DNA of 64,000 nt from Chloroflexota bacterium (GCA_037441345.1 JBBISJ010000010.1:2549-66548); one strand, 5' to 3'; positions 1 to 12,111 are shown, counted from the first letter of the stretch. The notes: a model not told the origin generated them from the letters alone. Made by a program: numbers and translations.

Positions 1-1522
1 CGGCCACCTTCAGCACCTCGTCCGCGCGGCCGAGCAGCCAGAAATAGCCGTCCTCGTCCTTCGTCGCGTAGTCGCCGGCGTCGTAGAGGCCGGGGAGCCG
101 CTCCCAGTACGCGCGGCGGTAACGTTCGGGGTCGCCGTGGATGCCGGCGAGCATGCCCGGCCACGGGCCGCGGATTGCGAGGATGCCCTTCTCCCCGGCC
201 GGCAACTCCCGGCCCTCTTCGTTCACGACGAGCGCCTGTACGCCGGGCATCGGCAGGCCGGCGCAGCCGGGCTTCTGAGCCACCGGCTCGATCCCGGGCG
301 AGGCGCCGATCATGAAGCTGCCGGTCTCCGTCTGCCACCAGGTGTCGACGATCTGGCAGCGTCCGCCGCCGACGTTGCGGTGATACCAGTTCCAGGCCTC
401 GGGGTTGATCGGCTCCCCCACCGAGCCCAGCAGTTCCAGGCTGGACAGGTCGTGCCGCTGCAGCCACTCCTCGCCGTGCCCCATGAACATCCGGATGGCC
501 GTGGGCGACGTGTAGAGCACGTTCACGCCGTACTTCTCGATGATGCCCCACCAGCGGTCGAGGGCGGGGTAGTCCGGGGCACCCTCGTACATGACGACAG
601 TGGCGCCGTGCATGAGCGGCCCGTAGACGATGGCGGTGTGGCCGGTCACCCAGCCGATATCGGCCGTGCACCAGTACACGGAATCGTCGCGCAGCGGAAA
701 CGCCCAGCCAAACGTCGAGTGCGTATAGACGAGGTAGCCACCGGTGTTGTGGACGATCCCCTTTGGCTTGCCCGTCGTGCCGGACGTATACAGGACAAAC
801 AGCGGGTCCGTCGCCTCCATCCGCTCCGGCTCTACCTGCCACCCGGCGCCGGGAAGCAGGTCGTCGAGGAAATGGTCTCGCGACTCCGTCATCCGGACAT
901 CGGATTGCGTACGGCGAACGACGACGACTGCCTGGAGGGAGGGGCACATGGAAGCAGCTTCGTCGGCGGTGGCCTTGAGCGGAATGACTTTCCCGCGCCG
1001 GTAACCGCCATCGGCCGTGACCAGCACCTTCACGCCCAGGTCGTTCACCCGGTCCGCCAGCGCCTTCGCGCTGAAGCCGGAGAAGACGACGTTGTGGACA
1101 GCGCCGATGCGGGCGCAGGCCAGCATGAAGCTGACCAGTTCCGGCACCATCGGAAGGTACAGGGCCACGGCATCGCCCCTGGAAACGCCCAGGTTGCGCA
1201 GGACGGACGCGTAGCGGTTCACGTCCCGGTAGAGATCGCTGTAGCTCAGAGTCCTGGCGTCGCCGGGCTCGCCCTCCCAATAAAGCGCGACCTTGTTGCG
1301 GCGCCAGGAGGAAACGTGCCGGCCCACGCAGAGGTGCGACGCATTGAGGCGACCGCCCGGGAACCAGCGCGCGAAGGGGGGATCCCAGTCCAGGACGCTG
1401 TCCCACGTCCGGTACCAGTCAAGCCACCCCGCCTCGCCGGCCCAGAAACGCTCCGGGTCGGACACGGAACGTGCGTAGGTGTCGTCGAACAGCGGATGGG
1501 GCGGCGGCCGGCCTTCGTTCAT
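1..1522 (-). CDS. acs: Acetyl-CoA synthetase (AMP-forming), 3' end outside window
   Basis: Not in ORF track. Manual minus-strand reading from ATG 1522 (GAGG upstream): MNEGRPPPHPLFDDTY...WFPGGRLNAS...MLACARIGAVHNVVFSGFS...WWQTETG...GDYATKDEDGYFWLLGRADEVLKVA. Confidence 0.92.
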   Translation of the reverse strand, partial: MNEGRPPPHPLFDDTYARSVSDPERFWAGEAGWLDWYRTWDSVLDWDPPFARWFPGGRLNASHLCVGRHVSSWRRNKVALYWEGEPGDARTLSYSDLYRDVNRYASVLRNLGVSRGDAVALYLPMVPELVSFMLACARIGAVHNVVFSGFSAKALADRVNDLGVKVLVTADGGYRRGKVIPLKATADEAASMCPSLQAVVVVRRTQSDVRMTESRDHFLDDLLPGAGWQVEPERMEATDPLFVLYTSGTTGKPKGIVHNTGGYLVYTHSTFGWAFPLRDDSVYWCTADIGWVTGHTAIVYGPLMHGATVVMYEGAPDYPALDRWWGIIEKYGVNVLYTSPTAIRMFMGHGEEWLQRHDLSSLELLGSVGEPINPEAWNWYHRNVGGGRCQIVDTWWQTETGSFMIGASPGIEPVAQKPGCAGLPMPGVQALVVNEEGRELPAGEKGILAIRGPWPGMLAGIHGDPERYRRAYWERLPGLYDAGDYATKDEDGYFWLLGRADEVLKVA

Positions 1523-1670
1523 GTCCTCTCTGCAGACAGTCCCAAGAAGGCAGCAGGGGCGTCAAGGGTCAGTGGGCGTTGATTTGGGGACGAGCGATCC
1601 CTTGATTGCCCCTCGCAATGGCAATCCGATACGATGCCCGTACAAAGCCCTAAACCTGTAAGGGGACAAG

Positions 1671-2690
1671 ATGAGCAGGCGTCTGAACGTAGCGGTCGTC
1701 GGTGCCACAGGGCTCGTCGGCCAGGAATTTCTGAAGATCGCGCACCAGCGCAACTTCCCGATCAAGGGGCTGCGCCTTCTGGCCTCGCACCGGTCGGCGG
1801 GCAAGAAGATCTCGTATCCGGACATGGGGGAGATCGAGGTGGAGGAGACGACGCCGCTGTCCTTCAAGGGCGTGGACCTGGCGTTCTTCTCGGCGACGAC
1901 AGAGGTATCGAAGGGCCTGATCCCGCCGGCGGTCAAGGCCGGGGCTATCTGCATCGACGACAGTTCGGCCTGGCGCATGGAGCCGGACGTGCCGCTGGTT
2001 GTGCCGGAGGTGAACGCGGGCGACCTGAAGGGGCACCGCGGCATCATCTCCATTCCCAACTGCCCGACGACGCCGCTGTGCCAGGTGCTATGGCCCGCGC
2101 ACAAGGTCAACCCGATTAACCGGGTGATCGTGGACACGTACCAGTCGGTGTCCGGCACAGGGACGGCGGCCATGCACGAACTGACCGAGCAGGCGCGGCA
2201 GGTCTTGAACGGGGACCACACGCAGCCGCACGTGTATCCGCACCAGATCGGCTTCAACCTGCTGCCACAGGTAGACGTGTTCCTGGGCAGCGGCTACACG
2301 AAGGAAGAATGGAAGGTCATCAACGAGACGCGGAAGATCCTGCACGAGCCGGAGCTGGCGATATCAGCCACGTGCGTGCGCGTACCCGTATACGTGGGGC
2401 ATTCCGAGGCGGTGCACGTCGAGTTCTCGAAGTCGATGTCGCCGGAGGAGTTCTACGCGATCGCCAAGGAAGCCCCCGGGGTGGTGGTGCAGGACGAGCC
2501 CTCGGTGAACCACTATCCAACGCCGTGGGCCTGCGCCGGCAAAGACGAGACGTTCGTGGGCCGGATCCGGCAGGACGCCTCGCACGTCAACGGCATCGCC
2601 TTCTGGCTGGTCAGCGACAACCTGCGCAAAGGCGCGGCGCTCAACGCGATCCAGATCGCGGAAGAGCTGCTGGAGCGGAACCTGATTTAA
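1671..2690 (+). CDS. asd: Aspartate-semialdehyde dehydrogenase
   Basis: VVGATGLVG, PLVVPEVN, PNC active site, TYQSVSG, SDNLRKGAALNAIQIAE. Confidence 0.97.
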   Translation: MSRRLNVAVVGATGLVGQEFLKIAHQRNFPIKGLRLLASHRSAGKKISYPDMGEIEVEETTPLSFKGVDLAFFSATTEVSKGLIPPAVKAGAICIDDSSAWRMEPDVPLVVPEVNAGDLKGHRGIISIPNCPTTPLCQVLWPAHKVNPINRVIVDTYQSVSGTGTAAMHELTEQARQVLNGDHTQPHVYPHQIGFNLLPQVDVFLGSGYTKEEWKVINETRKILHEPELAISATCVRVPVYVGHSEAVHVEFSKSMSPEEFYAIAKEAPGVVVQDEPSVNHYPTPWACAGKDETFVGRIRQDASHVNGIAFWLVSDNLRKGAALNAIQIAEELLERNLI

Positions 2691-2761
2691 GGTAAAGGGC
2701 TGCGCCTTTCAACATTTAAGGCGTTCCAGGCGGGTTGGCGTATCGGGAAACGCCCCGATTA

Positions 2762-2770
2762 TGGTAGAAT
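2762..2770 (+). promoter_or_regulatory. Extended -10 promoter element upstream of gyrB
   Basis: TGgTAGAAT about 85 nt upstream of the gyrB ATG. Confidence 0.55.
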
Positions 2771-2790
2771 ACAGATACGAGCAGATATGA

Positions 2791-4767
<1,977 letters not shown>

Positions 4768-4785
4768 CAGCGGGCTTGCGCATCG

Positions 4786-4880
4786 CCGCCCCACCCCTCC
4801 CCTCCTGAGGGAATAGAGGTCTGGGGGACACCCCCAGGCCCCCGCCACAGGGACTCCGCCCCTCTTGACTCCCCGTTCCC
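4786..4880. repeat. REP-like palindromic intergenic element downstream of gyrB
   Basis: CTGGGGGACACCCCCAG hairpin followed by GGGACTCCGCCCC...GACTCCCC short hairpins. Confidence 0.5.
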
Positions 4881-5087
4881 ATACGAACGCTTGGCCGGGG
4901 ACAGCACTTGAAACGAGCAGGCGGCATGGGTCATGACTGGCGGGCTGACCCCCAATCGCCTCCTTCCCCATCGCCTTCACTCGAAGGCAGACGTCCGCCA
5001 AAGGGGTCCTGCCCCTCCGGCCTCCCCATCGCGGTCGTCGGCGACGCCGAGCCCGTTCCCGGAGCCAGGAAACCCTATACTGGGAAG

Positions 5088-5768
5088 ATGCGGGACTTCG
5101 CCTCGTACCTGCTCAACCTGTACGGCCCTGACCCCTTCGGTGAGGTCCGTGCCGCGTCAGCGGTGCACCGCGTTGAACACGCCAGTACGCTGCCCGGCGG
5201 TGAGCAGGATTGCGGAGTCTACCCCTCGGACGGGCTCAAGATGCGCGTTGTCGCCACGATCGTTCGGGCCGCCGGGGCGCGGCGCATCCTCGAGGTCGGC
5301 GGAGGCCTGGGGTACAGCGCGCTGTGGCTGGCCGAAGCCGCGGGGGAAGGCGGCGTTGTCGAGACCATCGATCGTTTCCCGGAGCACATCGCCGGCATCG
5401 CGGGCTTCGCGTCGCAGTTTCGTCTCTCGGATCGCATCCGGGCTATAGAAGGCGAGGGTGCAGAGATCCTGAACTCGCTGACGGGGCTTTATGACGCCAT
5501 TCACGACGACGGCTGGTTCGGAGCCCGGCCGGCGTATTACGACCGCCTTGCGAAGCTCCTGCGGCCGGGAGGCCTGCTGATCATGTCCAACTGGTTCCTG
5601 CTGGAGCACGCGGTGACAGGGAAGTCGCCGGTGGACTGGGCGCAGTTCGCCGGGCCGCGCTGGCGTGAAGACATCCAAGACTACGCTAGACATCTGCTGA
5701 GCGACGCGCGCTACCATGTGTCCTTCGTGACAGGCCCCGCGTTTGCTATCGCCTGCCGGCTCCCATGA
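5088..5768 (+). CDS. SAM-dependent O-methyltransferase family protein
   Basis: RRILEVGGGLGYSALWLA, LLRPGGLLI. Start reassigned to ATG 5088, 6 nt after a TATACT box. Confidence 0.85.
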   Translation: MRDFASYLLNLYGPDPFGEVRAASAVHRVEHASTLPGGEQDCGVYPSDGLKMRVVATIVRAAGARRILEVGGGLGYSALWLAEAAGEGGVVETIDRFPEHIAGIAGFASQFRLSDRIRAIEGEGAEILNSLTGLYDAIHDDGWFGARPAYYDRLAKLLRPGGLLIMSNWFLLEHAVTGKSPVDWAQFAGPRWREDIQDYARHLLSDARYHVSFVTGPAFAIACRLP

Positions 5769-6202
5769 GCGACGCTCCCACGGTGCTGATCGTCGAGACT
5801 ACGGCCGGTGACCCGCCGACGGAGTTCCTGGGACCCAGCTCGGACATCGTCTATTTCATCTCGATGGCGCATAGCGAGCGCTACGGCGCGGATCACGTGC
5901 TGGCCAGAGCAGCCTTCGTCCTGAAGCGCAAGCTCAAGGTCAATATCGGGCCGCTACTGAACTACGGTGACGCCCGGGCCGAAAGCTCTGAGGAGGCCGA
6001 CCTGCTGGAGCGGCTCTGGCAGGACCCGGGCGGGCTCGCGGTGGCCGCCCGGTCGGCGGCGGCGGCGATCCGCGACAACGGCGAATTGCGGGAGCTGACG
6101 GCCGCGTTCCCGGAGCTGGCTGACAGGCTGGACGAGCTTGCGGAGATGGCAGACTGGGCGGATGGCCAGGGCGCCAGGATCCGGTTGACGTTCGTACTGT
6201 AG
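5765..6202 (+). CDS. Hypothetical protein
   Basis: ATGA overlap with the upstream gene; natural-looking composition. Confidence 0.75.
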   Translation: MSDAPTVLIVETTAGDPPTEFLGPSSDIVYFISMAHSERYGADHVLARAAFVLKRKLKVNIGPLLNYGDARAESSEEADLLERLWQDPGGLAVAARSAAAAIRDNGELRELTAAFPELADRLDELAEMADWADGQGARIRLTFVL

Positions 6203-6228
6203 GCCGGCGCGGCGAGCAGCGCCCCTAC
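6199..6228. repeat. GTAG-type REP
   Basis: Minus strand GTAGGGGCGCTGCTCGCCGCGCC between convergent stop codons. Confidence 0.55.
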
Positions 6229-6815
6229 AGGTACAGGCGGTTGGCGACGATGTATTCCGCCACGGCATCCGGGACCAAATAGCGGATCGAGAGGCCTGCG
6301 CGCACTCTTTCGCGAACGGTCGTGGCGCTAATATCGATAAGCGGCATCTCGATGCGCTGAATCCGGGCGCCCTCGATGGTTGCAGCGCCGGGCGGCTCGC
6401 CTGCCCTCTCCGCGACGAGCAGCGTCGCCAGCGCCGCGATCCGGGAGGGGTCGCGCCAGTTCGGCATGTCGGCGAGGGCGTCGCGACCGAGGATGAAAAA
6501 GAGGCCGGCACCGGGATGCCCCGCCGCCAGCTCCTCCAGCGTCTCGTGGGTGTACGAAGGCCCCGGGCGTCGCACCTCGATGTCTGACACGGCGAAGCTT
6601 TCGTTGCCCTGCACAGCCAGGCGCAGCATCTCGATTCGCATCTCCCCCGGCGTGATCTCCCGTTCCGGCTTGCGCCACGAGTGGCCGGTCGCCACGAACA
6701 GCACGCTGTCGAGGCCCGCTGCATCCCGCGCAGTCTCCGCGAGCACGAGGTGGCCGATGTGGACCGGGTCGAATGTGCCGCCGAGGACGCCGAGGCGGAC
6801 GGCCGTGGTGCTCAA
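6225..6815 (-). CDS. nadD: Nicotinate-nucleotide adenylyltransferase
   Basis: GVLGGTFDPVHIGH, SYT, FILGRD, ISATTVRER. TTG start overlaps the obg stop. Confidence 0.95.
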   Translation of the reverse strand: MSTTAVRLGVLGGTFDPVHIGHLVLAETARDAAGLDSVLFVATGHSWRKPEREITPGEMRIEMLRLAVQGNESFAVSDIEVRRPGPSYTHETLEELAAGHPGAGLFFILGRDALADMPNWRDPSRIAALATLLVAERAGEPPGAATIEGARIQRIEMPLIDISATTVRERVRAGLSIRYLVPDAVAEYIVANRLYL

Positions 6816-8083
6816 CCCTGCATTTCCAGTTCGACCTGGCCGAGGCGCACACGGTCGCCGGTCTTCGCGCCGGCTCGCTTCAACGCCCCGGTGACACCCC
6901 ACCTTTGAAAGCGCCGCCAGACCTCTGCCCGGCCCTCGTCGCTCTCCAGTGGCATCATCTCTGCGAAGGCCACTTCGCGATCGCCAAGAACCCTGAATGC
7001 GCCGTTCTCCGGGACGATGCGTAGCCGCCCTTCGAGGGGCCGCAGGACCTCCAGCCTCGTTTCCTCCTGCGGTACACGTCCCTCGGCAGCCTCGATCTCC
7101 CGGAGGGTCCCCGCGATGACCTCCATGAGTTCCGCCACGCCTTCGCCGCCGGCGGCCGAGATGACGAACGGTGCGAGGCCGGCGGCCGCGAAACGCTCCT
7201 TGATGTGCTCCACGTTTGCCTTCACATCCGGCCTGTCCACCTTGTTCACCGCGACGATCTGCGGCCTCTCCTGTAGTCCATGTCCGTACTCCAGCAGCTC
7301 GGCGTTGACGGTCTGCATGTCCGCCAGCGGGTCCGGACTGCTGCCGTCGACGAGGTGCAGGATGAGCCGTGTGCGCTCGATGTGACGCAGGAAGTCCAGG
7401 CCGAGGCCAACGCCGGCCGACGCGCCCTCGATTAATCCCGGGATATCAGCCATCACGAACCTCTGCCAGCCCACGTCAACCACGCCGAGGCTCGGCTCGA
7501 TGGTCGTGAACGGATAGTCGCCGATTTTCGGGCGGGCCGCCGACACCTGCGCCAGAAGGGTTGATTTGCCCGCGTTGGGCAGACCAACGATGCCCACATC
7601 CGCAAGCAGTTTCAGGTCCAGCCTCAGCCGCACTTCTTCCCCGGCCTGCCCCTTCTGGGCGATCCTCGGCGCCTGGTGGACGGAGGTGGCAAACCGTGCG
7701 TTGCCCCAGCCGCCGATTCCACCCCGCGCCACGAGCAGCCGTTGTCCGTGCTCGGTCAGATCCCCTCGAAAGACGGTGTCAGTCTCCGCGCTGATTTCGG
7801 AGACCTGCGTCCCGGGCGGCACCTTGAGGACCAGGTCTTCACCGTTGCGGCCGTGCTTGTCAGAGCCCTGACCGCCAAGGCCGTGCTCCGCCCGGTAAAC
7901 TCGCCTCCGTCCGAGTTCTTTCAGTGTCCTGACAGAACGATCGGCCTCCAGAATGACGTTGCCACCATCCCCACCATCCCCACCGTTCGGCCCGCCACGG
8001 GGAACGTACTTCTCCCGGCGAAAACTGACCGCTCCGTTTCCACCATTTCCACCTCTCGCGGTGATCTCAATACGATCAATCAT
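6812..8083 (-). CDS. obgE: GTPase ObgE/CgtA
   Basis: MIDRIEITARGGNGGNG...FRREKYVP, GLPNAGKS, YPFTT, DIPG, NKVD. Start at ATG 8083. Confidence 0.97.
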   Translation of the reverse strand: MIDRIEITARGGNGGNGAVSFRREKYVPRGGPNGGDGGDGGNVILEADRSVRTLKELGRRRVYRAEHGLGGQGSDKHGRNGEDLVLKVPPGTQVSEISAETDTVFRGDLTEHGQRLLVARGGIGGWGNARFATSVHQAPRIAQKGQAGEEVRLRLDLKLLADVGIVGLPNAGKSTLLAQVSAARPKIGDYPFTTIEPSLGVVDVGWQRFVMADIPGLIEGASAGVGLGLDFLRHIERTRLILHLVDGSSPDPLADMQTVNAELLEYGHGLQERPQIVAVNKVDRPDVKANVEHIKERFAAAGLAPFVISAAGGEGVAELMEVIAGTLREIEAAEGRVPQEETRLEVLRPLEGRLRIVPENGAFRVLGDREVAFAEMMPLESDEGRAEVWRRFQRWGVTGALKRAGAKTGDRVRLGQVELEMQG

Positions 8084-8330
8084 TTCATCATTATATGAAC
8101 CGGATTGATTGATACTGTTTAGTCTCTCGTAGCCGTAGAGATGTGGGTTTTGTGGAAGAGGGCAGGCGGCAGACAGGGGAAAGAGTGTGAGTAGATATCC
8201 CCGGCGGCGTGGATGAGCGTGGATTGCCGGGCCGCTGCCCCCGAGGAAGCGGGGCGAAATCAGCGAGGGCGGGGCCCTCGCGTGGAGAAGCACCGCCCTG
8301 CATTAGCCGGTGTTTATGGCTGTGGAGAGG
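8084..8330. other. Probable replication origin (oriC)
   Basis: AT-rich stretch, then co-oriented DnaA-box-like nonamers TGTGGGTTT/TGTGGAAGA (8142-8159), CGTGGATGA (8208), CGTGGATTG (8218), CGTGGAGAA (8281), TGTGGAGAG (8321), immediately downstream of dnaA. Confidence 0.65.
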
Positions 8331-9722
8331 TTAGTGGGAAACCTGAGCGCGGATTTCGGAGAGCTGGGCGCTCAGGCGGGGGTCTGCCAGCAGGTTGTGT
8401 GTGACCTTCTGGACGCCGTGGATCACCGTTGAATGGTCGCGCTTGCCGAGGAGGAGGCCAATCTGCTTCAGCGCGAGTTCGCCGTCCTCACGGAGGAGGT
8501 ACATCGCAATGTGTCGGGCTTCGGCGATCTGCTTGGCGCGGCTCTTGCCGGTAATGGCAGGAATCGGCACTCCGTAGTAGGCAGAGACGGACTGGAGGAT
8601 GGCCTGGGGGTCGCCGGGGGAGGCCATGGTAGGGGTCAGCGCCGCCAGGGCCCTGGCGGCCGTTTCTACGGTGACAGCGCTCCTCGTCAGCTTGGCGTAG
8701 GCGACGACGCGGTTGAGGCATCCTTCGAGAGCGCGGATGTTGTCGCGGACGCGGTCGGCCAGGTACTGGGCCACGTCCGCGGGCAGGTCCACGCGCTGCT
8801 CCTTCGCCTTGGCCTGCAGGATCGCCAGGCGCGTCTCCTCGTCCGGGGGGAGTACGTCGGTGACGAGTCCCCACTGGAAGCGGGAAGCGAGCCTGGCTTC
8901 GAGACCGGCGATGGCGCCGGGGGCGCGGTCGCTTGCGATCACGAGCTGGCAGCCGTTGGAGTGCAGGTCGTTGAAGGTGTAGAAGAACTCCTCCTGGGTC
9001 CGTCCCTTGTTTGCGAGGAACTGGATGTCGTCGACAAGGAGAAGCTGGACCGAGCGGTAGCGCCGGCGGAACTCGTCCCCGCGGTTCTGGGCGATGGAGG
9101 TGACGAAGTCGTTGACGAACTGCTCGGACGTCACGTAAAGGGCGTTGTGGCCCGCCTGGCCGGCACGGAGGGCGATGGCCTGTAGAAGGTGGGTCTTGCC
9201 AAGGCCGGGGCTGCTGTAGATGAACAGCGGGTTGTAGTCCTCGCCGGGCCGCTCGGCGGCGGCGAGTGCCGCCGCCGCGGCGATGCGGTTGCTATCGGCG
9301 ACGACGAACGCCCTGAATGTGTACTTCGGGTTGAGCCGCTGCCGGAGCAACGGGCTCGAGATTATGGAATTGACGGGGGCCTCTGCCAGCGCCATCTCCT
9401 GGTGGGCGACCGGACTTTTGCCGTTGCCCGAGGCGATGGCCGGGCTGTGTCCGTTGCCGTTGACGCCGGACGCAAAGATCTCGAAGGAGACTTCGGTCGG
9501 CTGGCCAAGAATGCCGCCGATGGTCTGGGCCACGAGGCCACGCATGCGGGTGCCGAGCCATTCCTTGACGAACTCTGTGGGCACGCCGACGATGAACCGG
9601 CCATCTTCGATTCGCAGTCCGCGCGTTTCTTTCAGCCACGTGTCGTAGTTTGGACGCGTGACGTGAATCTGGAGCTGGCCTAAAGCTGCATCCCAGACGC
9701 GCTGCGCAGTGGGGTCTGCCAT
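8331..9722 (-). CDS. dnaA: Chromosomal replication initiator DnaA
   Basis: LNPKYTF, YNPLFIY, PGLGKTHLL, LLVDDIQFL, TQEEFFYTFN, RDHSTVIHG. Confidence 0.98.
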   Translation of the reverse strand: MADPTAQRVWDAALGQLQIHVTRPNYDTWLKETRGLRIEDGRFIVGVPTEFVKEWLGTRMRGLVAQTIGGILGQPTEVSFEIFASGVNGNGHSPAIASGNGKSPVAHQEMALAEAPVNSIISSPLLRQRLNPKYTFRAFVVADSNRIAAAAALAAAERPGEDYNPLFIYSSPGLGKTHLLQAIALRAGQAGHNALYVTSEQFVNDFVTSIAQNRGDEFRRRYRSVQLLLVDDIQFLANKGRTQEEFFYTFNDLHSNGCQLVIASDRAPGAIAGLEARLASRFQWGLVTDVLPPDEETRLAILQAKAKEQRVDLPADVAQYLADRVRDNIRALEGCLNRVVAYAKLTRSAVTVETAARALAALTPTMASPGDPQAILQSVSAYYGVPIPAITGKSRAKQIAEARHIAMYLLREDGELALKQIGLLLGKRDHSTVIHGVQKVTHNLLADPRLSAQLSEIRAQVSH

Positions 9723-10084
9723 GATGAGCGCCTCCGTTAATCAGGGTAGTTGGGAGCGGACTGACGGGATTCTTGCAAGGGCAAAGCAAGGGCGTCAATC
9801 GAGTTATGTTAATCAACGGGGCAAGTTGTCCCGCCTTTCCGAACCCTGACAAGAGGGGCCCGGCAGGCCGTTTCATAACCGGTCAAAACTACCCTAAAAC
9901 CGCACACTTCGCCGGATCCCTGCAGAGGCTCAGTCGTCGGCCCGGGTGAGGACTGCATTAACCCTCACTGTCGCTAAAAACCGGCCGATGGGCATGTCAA
10001 TAGCCTGCCCCCCCTAATTTTAGCCATTTGGTCGAAATCGGCCGGGGACTGCTTCCGGCCTGCGCCTGGTTCGCCGCCCGCCGC

Positions 10085-10093
10085 TGTTATAAT
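10085..10093 (+). promoter_or_regulatory. Extended -10 promoter of the coaX-coaBC operon
   Basis: TGtTATAAT about 45 nt before the coaX ATG. Confidence 0.65.
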
Positions 10094-10136
10094 GGCGCTG
10101 CGCTGACGGGCGAAGGCCCGCGGGGACACCGATTCC

Positions 10137-10901
10137 ATGCTTCTTACCCTGGACGTTGGCAATACCATAGTGACGCTGGGCGTGTACGACGGCCCGCAGC
10201 TGCGAGCTACGTGGCGGTTCGCCACGGATGTCGAGAAGCTGCCGGACGAATACGGTGTGCTCATCCTGTCGCTGCTTCAACACGAGGAGCTGGAATCCAC
10301 CGAAGTCGGCGAGGCGATCATCGCCTGCGTGGTGCCGGACCTGGAGCCGGTGTTCGACCAGGTCTGCCGGCGCTACTTCAAGACGGCGCCGTTGCACGTG
10401 ACAGCCGGGATAAAGACGGGTCTGCGCATCCTGTACGACACGCCGCGGGAAGTGGGCGCGGACCGGGTGGCCGACGCAGTGGCGGCGATCCAGATTTACG
10501 GCCCTCCGCTCATCGTCGTCGACCTCGGCACCGCCACCGTGTTCGACGCGATCAACAGCGAGGGCGACTACCTCGGCGGCGCGATCTCGCCGGGCCTGGG
10601 TATCGCCTCCGAGGCGCTGTTCCGGCGTGCCGCCAAGCTCTACCGGGTGGAGCTGGACCGGCCGAAGTCTGCGATCGGCCGCAATACGATAGCGGCGATT
10701 CAGTCCGGGATCCTCTTCGGGTACGTGGGGCTGATCGAAGGGATAGTTGGGCGCATGAAGGAAGAGCTCGGTGACGCTCGCGTGATCGGAACGGGCGGCT
10801 ACGCTGAGATAATTGGGCGGGAAACGGACGTGATCGACGAAATCAACCCCAACCTGACACTGGAAGGACTGCGCCTGATCCACGAGATGAACCGGGCGTA
10901 A
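10137..10901 (+). CDS. coaX: Type III pantothenate kinase
   Basis: LDVGNT, EVGADR, VVDLGTAT, GGAISPG, GTGG. Confidence 0.96.
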   Translation: MLLTLDVGNTIVTLGVYDGPQLRATWRFATDVEKLPDEYGVLILSLLQHEELESTEVGEAIIACVVPDLEPVFDQVCRRYFKTAPLHVTAGIKTGLRILYDTPREVGADRVADAVAAIQIYGPPLIVVDLGTATVFDAINSEGDYLGGAISPGLGIASEALFRRAAKLYRVELDRPKSAIGRNTIAAIQSGILFGYVGLIEGIVGRMKEELGDARVIGTGGYAEIIGRETDVIDEINPNLTLEGLRLIHEMNRA

Positions 10902-10902
10902 C

Positions 10903-12111
10903 ATGTACAACCTTACGGAACGCTCAATCGTCCTCGGCGTCACGGGCAGTATCGCCGTTTACAAGGCGTGCGACCTGGCCAGCAAGCTGACGCAGGCGGG
11001 AGCCGTGGTGGATGTGGCGATGACGCCGGAGGCCGCGAAGTTCGTGTCGCCGATCACGTTCCAGAGCGTGACGGGCCGCCGGGCCTACCACGATATGTGG
11101 GATGCCACATCTGAGATCGCGGAGCTGCACGTGGCGCTGGCGCGCCGCGCCGACCTGATGGTGATCGTGCCGGCGACGGCGACGACCCTGTCGCGGCTGG
11201 CGCTGGGGCTGGCGGATGAACTGGTGAGCCTGACGGCGATCGCCACGCGCGCCCCTATCCTGGTGGCGCCGGCGATGGACCCGCAGATGTGGGAACACCC
11301 GGCGACGCAGGGGCACGTGCGAACGCTGCAGGAGCGCGGCGTGGCGTTTGTCGGTCCGGAGGAGGGCCGGCTGGCGTCGGGTCACACCGGGACCGGCCGA
11401 ATGTCGGAGGTGGAAACTATCATGGGCGCCGTGAGGGCCCTGGTGGGGCGGGAAGGCGACCTGGCCGGACGGAAGGTTGTTGTGTCAGCGGGCGGCACGC
11501 ACGAGGCGATCGACCCGGTGCGGTTCGTCGGCAATGAATCATCCGGGAAGATGGGTTTCGCGGTGGCGGAAGCGGCGCGGGACCGCGGCGCCGATGTGGT
11601 GCTGGTGACCGGCCCCGTCGCGTTGCGCGACCCGTACGGGGTGAGGGTGATCCGCGTTAAGAGCGCGGGGCAGATGCGGGACGCAATCCTGCCGGAATGC
11701 GCCGGCGCGAGCATCATGGTGATGGCGGCCGCGGTGGCGGACTACCAGCCGGGAGAGCCGGTCGGTCAGAAGATCAAGCGCGAAGGCAGCGAGGGCATGG
11801 TACTGTCGCTGACGCGCACGCCCGACATCCTGGCCGATGTAGGCCGGCCCGCGGGCCTGATCAAGGTGGGGTTCGCGGCGGAGAGCCAGGACCTCCTGGA
11901 AAACGCGGCGCGAAAGCTGGCGGCGAAGGACCTTGACCTGATCGTCGCCAATGACATCACAGCGACGGACGCCGGGTTTGCCGTGGATACGAACCGGGTG
12001 ACGATACTGGCGCGCAGCGGCGAGAAGGAGGACCTGCCGCTATTGACGAAGTACGAAGTGGCTTGCCGTATACTCGACCGAGCAGCCGCACTGATAAAGG
12101 GGAAAGCATGA
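10903..12111 (+). CDS. coaBC: Phosphopantothenoylcysteine decarboxylase/synthetase
   Basis: GVTGSIAVYK, APAM, IDPVRFVGNESSGKMG, AAAVADY, GFAAES, IVAND. Confidence 0.96.
   Translation: MYNLTERSIVLGVTGSIAVYKACDLASKLTQAGAVVDVAMTPEAAKFVSPITFQSVTGRRAYHDMWDATSEIAELHVALARRADLMVIVPATATTLSRLALGLADELVSLTAIATRAPILVAPAMDPQMWEHPATQGHVRTLQERGVAFVGPEEGRLASGHTGTGRMSEVETIMGAVRALVGREGDLAGRKVVVSAGGTHEAIDPVRFVGNESSGKMGFAVAEAARDRGADVVLVTGPVALRDPYGVRVIRVKSAGQMRDAILPECAGASIMVMAAAVADYQPGEPVGQKIKREGSEGMVLSLTRTPDILADVGRPAGLIKVGFAAESQDLLENAARKLAAKDLDLIVANDITATDAGFAVDTNRVTILARSGEKEDLPLLTKYEVACRILDRAAALIKGKA

Noticed and set aside
137-1582. 481-aa plus-strand ORF, and the many similar long antisense or alternate-frame ORFs (e.g. 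2716-3708, 22043-23248, 61630-62994)
   Set aside because: Shadow ORFs of real genes, expected in high-GC DNA; no recognisable motifs.
9723-10136. Riboswitch or oriC upstream of dnaA
   Set aside because: Only short hairpins; no convincing aptamer consensus or DnaA-box cluster could be read by eye. An Rfam scan would settle it.
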